A program made the position numbers and the translations under genes. The notes below the pieces were generated by a model. It saw only the letters and a program-made list of their open reading frames with translations. It was not told the DNA's origin and searched no databases. A DNA stretch of 11,023 bases, from the NCBI GenBank assembly GCA_046593135.1, contig JBKJRK010000129.1, positions 1 through 11,023 of the forward strand, given 5' to 3'. Shown piece after piece: positions 1 to 5,993 of the stretch. Position 1 is the first letter of the stretch; the number at the start of each line of letters is the position of its first letter. Source of the DNA: Tepidisphaeraceae bacterium. Lineage in GTDB: Bacteria; Planctomycetota; Phycisphaerae; Tepidisphaerales; Tepidisphaeraceae.

Positions 1-80
1 CGGGCGGCGACGAGCTCGCGGAAAAGCTTTTCATAGTTCCGGGACATCCATGCTCGCTCGATCTGGCGAATTGTAATCAT
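1..80 (-). CDS. Hypothetical protein, N-terminal 26 codons only; the gene continues beyond the window's left edge
   Basis: The reverse complement of 1..80 reads ATG ATT ACA ATT CGC CAG ATC GAG CGA GCA TGG ATG TCC CGG AAC TAT GAA AAG CTT TTC CGC GAG CTC GTC GCC GCC, i.e. MITIRQIERAWMSRNYEKLFRELVAA, with no stop before the window edge. A perfect AAGGAGG lies 5 nt upstream. The piece is too short for the supplied ORF track and too short to assign a family. Confidence 0.4.
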   Translation of the reverse strand, partial: MITIRQIERAWMSRNYEKLFRELVAA

Positions 81-85
81 TCCGG

Positions 86-92
86 CCTCCTT
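86..92 (-). promoter_or_regulatory. Shine-Dalgarno site (AAGGAGG on the minus strand) for the partial gene starting at 80
   Basis: Plus-strand cctcctt at 86..92 is AAGGAGG on the minus strand, and a 5-nt spacer separates it from the ATG at 80..78. The other genes in this window mostly lack a canonical SD. The AT-enriched stretch 100..200 just upstream (in minus orientation) is a plausible promoter/UP region. Confidence 0.4.
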
Positions 93-305
93 GAGACGAT
101 TAATGTTAGGGTTCGATAATATGTAACGGAAACCGAACAAGCAAGGGAATTACGTAAAGAATTTTTGGCTTTCGTTTGGGTTCGTTCTGATAAATCGGGG
201 GCAGGGCGATGCGACGAGTGGCTTATCAAGCCGCACACGATGGGAAGGGGGAAAAGCGGACGCCCTCGAAGCAAGTTCACCTCGGGTATGGCGGCGCCTC
301 CGATC

Positions 306-364
306 GCCGCTTGCGGTTTCGCAGACCGAAGTTGTGCTTTTCGGTCTGCGAAACCGCAAGCGGC
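306..364 (-). terminator. Perfect 25-bp-stem hairpin downstream of the ccsBA stop; candidate factor-independent terminator or structured palindromic element
   Basis: Left arm 306..330 gccgcttgcggtttcgcagaccgaa is the exact reverse complement of right arm 340..364 ttcggtctgcgaaaccgcaagcggc. The loop is the 9 nt at 331..339, gttgtgctt. It lies about 105 nt downstream of the ccsBA stop at 470..472. Neither strand has a U-tract after it, so the terminator role is inferred from position only. Confidence 0.4.
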
Positions 365-469
365 TGGGCGGCCGGACTGACGTGCGGCGGGCTATATTCG
401 CGAGGGTTGTTGGGAAACTGCTCGAAGGCCGTCCATGGTGAACCAGTTTTCCCAGGTTTGGACCGAAAA

Positions 470-3400
470 TCAGGCCCCGACTTGGAAGGATTGAGATGAT
501 GTGGGAGTTGCCAGTGCGTCTTTGCCGTGGGTCGGTGCAGAGTTTGGACCGCTCAGGGTAGCGCCTTGCAGAAGTTTGCCGCTTTGCCAGAGCGCGAGGG
601 GCAGCCGGCTGAGGATCACGATAGCAACTTGGCTCCCCGCGAACAGGGCGAGCCACATCCGGGTGCCTTCCTTAAAGCCGTAGGCGTGCAGGCCGACGCC
701 CAATTCGTTGGTGCCGAACCAACTCCAGGCGGTGACGACGTTGCCCAGGACGGCGAGCCCCATCACGCCCCGTTCTTTTGCGAGGCCGGACCAGCGGGCG
801 TGAAGGATCAGCGCGTTCCAGAGGACGATCAGGATCGCGCCATTTTCTTTCGGGTCCCAGCCCCAGAATCGCCCCCACGACTGGTCGGCCCAGATGCCGC
901 CGAGAATGGTGCCGACGAAGCTGAACAGCATGGCGAAGCAGAGGATGCCGTAGACCATGCGGAACAGGTCTTTCCCCGCAGCCTTGTTGAGCGTCGGCGT
1001 GAAGAAGCCGCGCGCGACGTAAGTGATCGCCAACGCCCCGGCGAGGAACGTGGCGGCGTAGCCGAGGGTGATGAGCACGACGTGGGTGGCGAGCCAGAAG
1101 TTGGTGTCGAGGACGGCCTGAAGCTCGCGGAGCGAGTCGCCGTCGCTGAGCGACAGGTTGTGGGCAATGAACAGAGAAAGAAAACCGACGCACGACGCGA
1201 CGAGCAGTCCGACGCCGTTCTTGAAGAAACGCTCGACGCCCAGCGCGAGCAACACGCCGCCCCAGGCGATGAAGATCGCCGAGGAGTAGAGCGTTGTGAC
1301 CGGCGGGCGACCCTGAAGGTACATCCGGAAGATCAGGCCGCCGGTGTGGATGACGATCGTGAGGATCAATACCCACCACGCCGCCCGGCGGAGTGGGCCG
1401 GTCGCGGTCAGGAATGAGAACAGCACCAGCACCGCCGACAGGACGTAAAAGCCCATCAGGTGGTAAAACGGCGCGATCCGATTGAAAAAGACCTCGATGC
1501 CCGCCTTGCCCGTTTTGCGTGGCGACATCGAAGCAGCGTACGTCTTGTAGTCGCTCACCGCTTTGTTGAAGTCGGTCGGCTTTCCGTCTTTGTAGCTTTG
1601 CAGGATTGCAAAGAATTTCACCAACCCCGTCTCCGGCGTGCCGGTGCTCTTCACTGCGTCCATCGCCTGCTCGAACGACCGCCATTCCCCGCCCGCCTGT
1701 GTGGGCGCAATAAGGTGCAGTTCCTTCATCGCGACCAGCGTGTCGAATGCCTTGACCTTCTTCCACAATTCCGCCGCGTGACGCTGAAATTGTGTCTGCT
1801 CTTTCGGATTGATGTCGCGATGGCCAACAACTTCATCGAGAAGCTTCTGCACCTTCGGCTCGAGTTCCGCCCACGCAAACAACTGCCGCTCTTTGCCTTC
1901 CTTGTTCAGCGGTTGGAGTCCCATGAAGCTGACAAGTTCCGGGTTGTCGATCCGGAATATCTCGTACTGCCAGGTTCGCTCGTTGCGAGAGAAGCCGTCG
2001 AGCAGGAACTGCATGTTCGCCGGCTTGCCTTCAAGCTTGCGGAGGTCTTCCTTGCCGCCGGTGATAATTTTGAGCGTGATTCGGGCCAGGCTGTCGTACG
2101 GGAGCACGCGCCCTTCGTAATTCATCGGCACCGCCGCGACTTCCGAAAGGTCGAAACCGTCGACGCTCTTCGCGTTTCGCGGGGCCAGTACCCCGGCAAG
2201 ATAGACGACGCACACCGCCAGAATCCCGGCCGGCACGAGGAACTGCGCCGACGCCCACGCCCGCCGCGGCGGCAGGGTGTATTGCTCGTCGCGTTTCCTG
2301 CGCGGTTTGGCGGCGGCCGCCTGTTCGGCTTGGGCCGCGTCAGCCTTGGCGCGCTTTCGAGAAAATTCCCGAAGATTCAGGCTGAAGTGGGCGAACATGC
2401 CCAAGCCGCCAACGATGCACGAGATGTACGGGAACAGCCAGCTCGGGTTGCGGACGACCTGCAAAACGGTGGTCGTTTCGGTCCTCGGGTCAAAGGTCTG
2501 CTGGTAAAATGTTTCGCCGCTGTACCGCAGCGGGTGGTTCATCCAGATGCGTACTTCGCGGTCTTCGTTGCGCGTCGGGTCGACGAGCCGCACGTCGCTG
2601 GAAAAATTCCGGGCCATCTGCGTCCCGGTGTGGCGGTCGAAGCGGAAATCCTTGAGGTGAATCTGGAACGGCTTGTAGTACCGCGGCCATCGGACGGCGA
2701 TCTCGTAGGTTTTTCCGTTAACCTCGACGGGCTGGTTATTGAGCTGCTGGGACAGAAGGAAACGGCCCAATTCCTTGCCGCCGGCGGTCAAGGTCACGTA
2801 TGCGGCGGGGTAGTCGGCCTTGCTTTCTCCGATGCCGGTGGCTTTCGGCAGCGGCTTGGCACTCAGCCGCAGTCCCGCGCCCGCGGTCGCCTGCGGGAGG
2901 CCTTCGGGTTTGGGTTGCATCGGCCCGAGCAAATCGGAGTTCGGGTAGTACGCGTCGACATGAATGCTGAAAGGCAACCGGGCATCGGTGATCGTTTGGC
3001 CCGGTTTCAGCCGCGATTCGTTGACCGTCACGACGTTGTTGTGGTCCGGGTTCGAGCTGTCGATGACGGCCAGCTCGCCGTACCGCATGTCCGACGCGTA
3101 GTTCGCGTAGCTGCCCTCGTCGATCGACATCGCCTGCTCGACCTTGACGACGTTGGTCGCCAATTCCCCGCCGAGCATGAGGACCAGCCCGAGGTGGATC
3201 AGCACAACGCCGCCGCGCTTGCCGTGCAGCCAATAAGCCGCGGCGATCAGGGGCAGGGCGGCGGCGACGAGCACGGCGCTCATCACGTAATAGCCGAGTT
3301 CCGACGTCAGATATCCGGAGAGCCACACGAGCGCGACGAGCGGCGGGATGACGAGCAAATCCCGCCACGTCAGCTTGAACCGCAGGATGTTCGCCGCGAA

Positions 3401-3682
3401 CAGGTTAATCAGCATCGCGACGGCGATGGTGTACCCGCCGACGAGGGGGACTTTACCGGGGGCAGTTTCGCTCCAACTCGTGAGCGGGAAGAAATATTTG
3501 AGCGGGGCCATGACGCCCCACGCGTAAAAATAATCGCGCTGGACGTCCCACGAGCCGAAGTCCTTCTGCGCCGTGGTGCCGACAAATACGAGAATCACGG
3601 TCAACACGATCAGCACGACCGCGATCTTCATCGAGGACAGGGGCGTGAGGATCTTCGTCAGCGTTTTATTCACCGGCTTCAC
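470..3682 (-). CDS. ccsBA: Fused cytochrome c-type biogenesis protein CcsBA (ResB-like CcsB module plus CcsA/ResC heme-handling module), the system II cytochrome c synthase
   Basis: 1070-aa ORF. The N-terminus has a ResB-like start (LSSMKIAVVLIVLTVILVFVGT) followed by several TM helices. The periplasmic domain carries ResB-type motifs (KDFRFDRHTGTQMARNFSSDVRLVD; IWMNHPLRYSGETFYQQTFDP). The C-terminal roughly 330 aa form a multi-TM CcsA module with the tryptophan-rich WWD signature WGRFWGWDPKENGAILIVLWNALILHARW at about residues 936-964 (nt about 790..870) and conserved His-containing TM segments. The start overlaps the stop of the upstream lipoprotein gene by 17 nt. An alternative start is at Met18. 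Confidence 0.85.
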   Translation of the reverse strand: MKPVNKTLTKILTPLSSMKIAVVLIVLTVILVFVGTTAQKDFGSWDVQRDYFYAWGVMAPLKYFFPLTSWSETAPGKVPLVGGYTIAVAMLINLFAANILRFKLTWRDLLVIPPLVALVWLSGYLTSELGYYVMSAVLVAAALPLIAAAYWLHGKRGGVVLIHLGLVLMLGGELATNVVKVEQAMSIDEGSYANYASDMRYGELAVIDSSNPDHNNVVTVNESRLKPGQTITDARLPFSIHVDAYYPNSDLLGPMQPKPEGLPQATAGAGLRLSAKPLPKATGIGESKADYPAAYVTLTAGGKELGRFLLSQQLNNQPVEVNGKTYEIAVRWPRYYKPFQIHLKDFRFDRHTGTQMARNFSSDVRLVDPTRNEDREVRIWMNHPLRYSGETFYQQTFDPRTETTTVLQVVRNPSWLFPYISCIVGGLGMFAHFSLNLREFSRKRAKADAAQAEQAAAAKPRRKRDEQYTLPPRRAWASAQFLVPAGILAVCVVYLAGVLAPRNAKSVDGFDLSEVAAVPMNYEGRVLPYDSLARITLKIITGGKEDLRKLEGKPANMQFLLDGFSRNERTWQYEIFRIDNPELVSFMGLQPLNKEGKERQLFAWAELEPKVQKLLDEVVGHRDINPKEQTQFQRHAAELWKKVKAFDTLVAMKELHLIAPTQAGGEWRSFEQAMDAVKSTGTPETGLVKFFAILQSYKDGKPTDFNKAVSDYKTYAASMSPRKTGKAGIEVFFNRIAPFYHLMGFYVLSAVLVLFSFLTATGPLRRAAWWVLILTIVIHTGGLIFRMYLQGRPPVTTLYSSAIFIAWGGVLLALGVERFFKNGVGLLVASCVGFLSLFIAHNLSLSDGDSLRELQAVLDTNFWLATHVVLITLGYAATFLAGALAITYVARGFFTPTLNKAAGKDLFRMVYGILCFAMLFSFVGTILGGIWADQSWGRFWGWDPKENGAILIVLWNALILHARWSGLAKERGVMGLAVLGNVVTAWSWFGTNELGVGLHAYGFKEGTRMWLALFAGSQVAIVILSRLPLALWQSGKLLQGATLSGPNSAPTHGKDALATPTSSQSFQVGA

Positions 3683-4775
3683 CGAACTGCAGGGACTGGA
3701 GGAACGCGTCGAAATTCGCCCGCTGATCGGCCACGGTCTTTGCCGGGCCGATGAGTTTCACGAACCAGACGTCGGCCCCCTTGACGAGCATCGCCACGTT
3801 GGACCGCTTGGCGTCGGCGGACTCCGGCCCGGCGAAGTCAAACACGATGCACGGCGAACCGCCGACCTGAACTTCTTGCAGGCTCTCGTTTTTCTCGTCC
3901 GTCGAAGGCGGCAAGCCGACTTCACCGCGCCAGCGGTTGACGTTGGCGAGCATCGAGCCGAAGCCGTTCAGTCGTAACTTACTTACTATCACCTCGGCCC
4001 GCGCGTTGCCCTCGTCGACAAAAAACGTGGCGACGCGGAAGGGCTTGTCGGACTGTTCCTGTCTCCAGCCAAACGGCGCCGTGAAGCTCGCCAAGGTCGT
4101 CGGCTTGGCGTTCGCCGCCGGGGAAGGGGGCGGCGTCGTTCCCTTCTCGTCTGCCCCCTGACCTTCGCCGTCGTGGTCGTGCGTGAGGAACTTGACCGAA
4201 CCGATGAACGCGTCAAACGCCGCTTCCTGCGCGGCTACTTTGTCCGGCGAGCCTTGGAGCTTGAACGACCACGCCTCCTGTCCGTGCGGCAGGATGAACC
4301 CGAGCAGTCGGGCGGGCGCACTGGTTTTCACATCAACGCCGGTGAGGTCGATCCGCCGGCCCGCGTGTCCGTCGACCTCGACCGTCTTCGCTTTTTTCTC
4401 CGCCTCGGCGGCCGGCGTGGCGGGCAGGCCGAGCGTGCCTTCCCAGCGGTTCAGATTGGGCAACAATTCCCCGGACCCGCTCCCTTGGAGAACATTGACG
4501 GTTAATGCGAGCGACGGATCGGCCGGATTTACTTGAATCGTGGCAAACCGCCCGAACTGGCTGCCACTGGAATCCGCAACCTCCGACCACCCGCTCGGCA
4601 ATTGCCAGGCGACCGGCTTCGCGCCCGCCGTCGCCTTCGGAGTGGCCGGCGGCGGCGGGTCCTTTGGAACGGTGTCAACCCGGATCCCGTCGCCGCGGTC
4701 ACAGCCGACGAGGCAAGCCCCAGACAAGGCAAGACTTACGATTATTAAACGGGGGAGTTTGGTTAGCACCGACAT
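3666..4775 (-). CDS. Secreted lipoprotein of unknown function with an internal tandem duplication of a roughly 140-aa domain; co-transcribed with and overlapping ccsBA
   Basis: 369-aa ORF. Signal peptide plus lipobox (LSGAC / LVGC, MSVLTKLPRLIIVSLALSGACLVGCDRGDG), then a Pro/Ala-rich linker. Residues about 55-196 and about 228-364 align to each other: PSGW/PFGW; NLNRWEGTLGLPA vs NVNRWRGEVGLPP; AWSFKLQGSPDKVAAQEAAFDAFIGSVKF vs VWFVKLIGPAKTVADQRANFDAFLQSLQF. There is no CxxC motif. The stop at 3666..3668 overlaps the ccsBA start at 3682. Confidence 0.7.
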   Translation of the reverse strand: MSVLTKLPRLIIVSLALSGACLVGCDRGDGIRVDTVPKDPPPPATPKATAGAKPVAWQLPSGWSEVADSSGSQFGRFATIQVNPADPSLALTVNVLQGSGSGELLPNLNRWEGTLGLPATPAAEAEKKAKTVEVDGHAGRRIDLTGVDVKTSAPARLLGFILPHGQEAWSFKLQGSPDKVAAQEAAFDAFIGSVKFLTHDHDGEGQGADEKGTTPPPSPAANAKPTTLASFTAPFGWRQEQSDKPFRVATFFVDEGNARAEVIVSKLRLNGFGSMLANVNRWRGEVGLPPSTDEKNESLQEVQVGGSPCIVFDFAGPESADAKRSNVAMLVKGADVWFVKLIGPAKTVADQRANFDAFLQSLQFGEAGE

Positions 4776-4845
4776 ACCTTAACGTAGCCGCGGAGAAGCT
4801 GTCCATCTTACGCCTTGGAGATACCGTCGTTCAAACTTCAATATC

Positions 4846-4914
4846 AACACGGAGGACACGGAGAATACGTTAGCTTCAGATATCGGTCTCCGTGTTCTCT
4901 GTGGGCTCCGTGTT
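4846..4914 (-). terminator. Compound hairpin built from two direct ACACGGAG copies and two inverted CTCCGTGT copies. It is the candidate terminator of the AMMECR1 gene and/or an operator in the ccs operon promoter region.
   Basis: aacacggag at 4846..4854 pairs with ctccgtgtt at 4906..4914. acacggaga at 4856..4864 pairs with tctccgtgt at 4888..4896. The element sits in the 157-bp gap between the AMMECR1 stop (4933) and the lipoprotein start (4775). Confidence 0.35.
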
Positions 4915-4932
4915 GAGTTTTGTGTGGAATAT

Positions 4933-5532
4933 TTAGGTTGTACCCACAGAAGCGGACTGGAACGGTTCCGGCCCGACGATTTCCGTCGAGAATACCTCCA
5001 ACCGAGCCGCGGGTTCGCGCCAGGCGTTCGCTGGAAGGCCCATCTTTTCGACGCACAGCGTGGCTAGCAGTTGCTCCCGGCTCCAGCCCGTCTCGCGCGC
5101 GACTTGTGGGAGGAAGCAGCCGGACCGACTGCCGTGGTGGAGGTAGATGCCGTCGGTTTCAGGGTTGAAATCGAGCGGCGTCGGGGCGGGCCGCATCGGG
5201 GACAACACGCTGATTTCAATTTCGAGATTCGGCAGCTCGTCCCGCCGTACAGGATCATCCCGAAAACGCGGGTCTTCCAGCACGCCGACGGCGGACTGAT
5301 GCACGCAGTGCCACAGCGGTTTGGTCGCGTCCATCCGCCCGACGCAGCCGCGCAGCCGATGGAGTTTCATCTCGTGAAGGGACACGAAACACCCGCCGGG
5401 CGCCAGGAGCGTTGCGTCGGGACATTCCGCCGGCGGTTGACGTTGCCCCCGGAGCGTGTGAAGAATCGCGGCCCTAGCAGCGTTGAGCAGGTGACGCTTC
5501 TGGTCCGAACCGAGCGGCATATTACGCATCAT
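4933..5532 (-). CDS. AMMECR1-domain protein
   Basis: 199-aa ORF with AMMECR1-family hallmarks: GCFVSLHE followed by LRGCVGRMD (the LRGC[IV]G motif), the right length, and the C-terminal conserved region (FLPQVARETGWSREQLLATLCVKKMGL-like). Alternative starts exist at Met2 and Met5. Confidence 0.8.
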   Translation of the reverse strand: MMRNMPLGSDQKRHLLNAARAAILHTLRGQRQPPAECPDATLLAPGGCFVSLHEMKLHRLRGCVGRMDATKPLWHCVHQSAVGVLEDPRFRDDPVRRDELPNLEIEISVLSPMRPAPTPLDFNPETDGIYLHHGSRSGCFLPQVARETGWSREQLLATLCVEKMGLPANAWREPAARLEVFSTEIVGPEPFQSASVGTT

Positions 5533-5630
5533 ACCTCGTTCTAGAAATCGCTCGAATCTGTAATCGACCGGCGGATGCCGAAGGGTGTATGACCTGTTAC
5601 GATGGTTGCGAACTTAACGTCTGACAACGC

Positions 5631-5804
5631 ATGAACTGGACGGGCTTTCTCATTTTCGCCGCCGGGGTGATCGTGTTGATCGTCTTGATTACCCGGGCAG
5701 GTAGAGGCGGCAGATCGACGTGCTCGCGCCCATGCGCGCAGTGCGGCACGATGCAGCCGTCGCACGCACGGTTTTGTCGAAAGTGTGGGAAGCCGTTGGC
5801 GTGA
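5631..5804 (+). CDS. Small (57-aa) membrane-anchored zinc-ribbon protein, absent from the supplied ORF track
   Basis: ATG at 5631 through TGA at 5802..5804 encodes MNWTGFLIFAAGVIVLIVLITRAGRGGRSTCSRPCAQCGTMQPSHARFCRKCGKPLA. That is an N-terminal TM helix, a positively charged stretch, then a textbook zinc ribbon CxxCG-x10-FCxxCGxxL (C35/C38 and C49/C52). Codon third positions are GC-rich like the neighbouring genes. There is no SD, as for most genes here. It lies 98 bp from the divergent AMMECR1 gene and 190 bp upstream of the hflK-like gene. Confidence 0.45.
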   Translation: MNWTGFLIFAAGVIVLIVLITRAGRGGRSTCSRPCAQCGTMQPSHARFCRKCGKPLA

Positions 5805-5827
5805 CGTCACAACAAGTTCAGAAGAGG

Positions 5828-5948
5828 AACACGAATCGACACCAATCGCCACGAATTTTCACGAATGAAATTCAGTTGCCACATTGGCTTGGCGCCTCCC
5901 GGTTTTCGGTTCGTGAAGATTCGTGTGAAGTCGTGTCGATTCGTGTTC
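5828..5948. promoter_or_regulatory. Operator-like element upstream of the hflKC-like operon: four tandem decamers CACGAATNNN (5830/5840/5850/5860), a roughly 40-bp spacer, then four tandem decamers ATTCGTGTNN in inverted orientation (5909/5919/5929/5939). Together they form a roughly 40-bp-arm imperfect inverted repeat.
   Basis: The four CACGAATNNN decamers are cacgaatcga, caccaatcgc (degenerate), cacgaatttt and cacgaatgaa. The four ATTCGTGTNN decamers are gttcgtgaag, attcgtgtga, agtcgtgtcg and attcgtgttc. The outer 15 bp are a perfect inverted repeat: aacacgaatcgacac at 5828..5842 against gtgtcgattcgtgtt at 5933..5947. The exact 10-bp phasing puts the sites on one helical face. The element ends about 46 bp before the ATG at 5994. 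Confidence 0.5.
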
Positions 5949-5993
5949 CGCATTAACCGAACAGTCGGTGGCCGATTGCTTTAGGGGCTTCAC

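Noticed and set aside
104-190. GGTTCGA-like T-loop motifs (108..114, 179..184) suggesting a tRNA
   Set aside because: There is no acceptor-stem, anticodon-arm or D-arm complementarity around them, so no cloverleaf can be drawn.
150-656. ORFs 150..656 (minus), 165..380 (plus), 209..499 (plus) and 77..280 (minus) spanning the intergenic palindrome
   Set aside because: They cross a perfect 25-bp inverted repeat and an AT-rich promoter-like tract, and their translations are Arg-rich nonsense. I treat the region as non-coding.
1460-3754. Long plus-strand ORF (764 aa) and other ORFs (527..1417 plus, 672..1766 minus, 829..1167 minus, 2736..3368 minus) overlapping ccsBA
   Set aside because: They are antisense or out-of-frame to a gene with strong family motifs. 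Their translations are Arg/Pro/Gly/Ala-rich low complexity (RRRPRPPRRQG..., HRRPDLPDVPSG...), typical of stop-poor shadow frames in high-GC DNA.
4776-4932. A mobile-element remnant between the lipoprotein gene and AMMECR1
   Set aside because: The region contains only short 8-9-bp inverted and direct repeats forming a hairpin. There is no transposase fragment, no long TIRs and no target duplication.
5885-5905. Sigma-54 promoter (TGGCGC...) in the spacer of the repeat element
   Set aside because: The GG and GC elements are not at the required -24/-12 spacing: TGGCGC-ctccc-GGTTT has no GC dinucleotide at the -12 position.
5828-5948. A CRISPR array, as an explanation for the tandem repeats
   Set aside because: The repeat units are 10 bp with no spacers and are arranged as inverted arrays. 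That is incompatible with the CRISPR repeat-spacer architecture of 24-48-bp repeats and unique spacers.
5541-5956. ORFs 5541..5852 (minus, 103 aa) and 5720..5956 (plus, 78 aa) in the AMMECR1 to hflK gap
   Set aside because: Neither has a recognisable motif. Both run across the phased-repeat element or the zinc-ribbon frame. The +1 frame at 5631..5804, with its TM plus CxxC..CxxC architecture, is the more credible coding interpretation.
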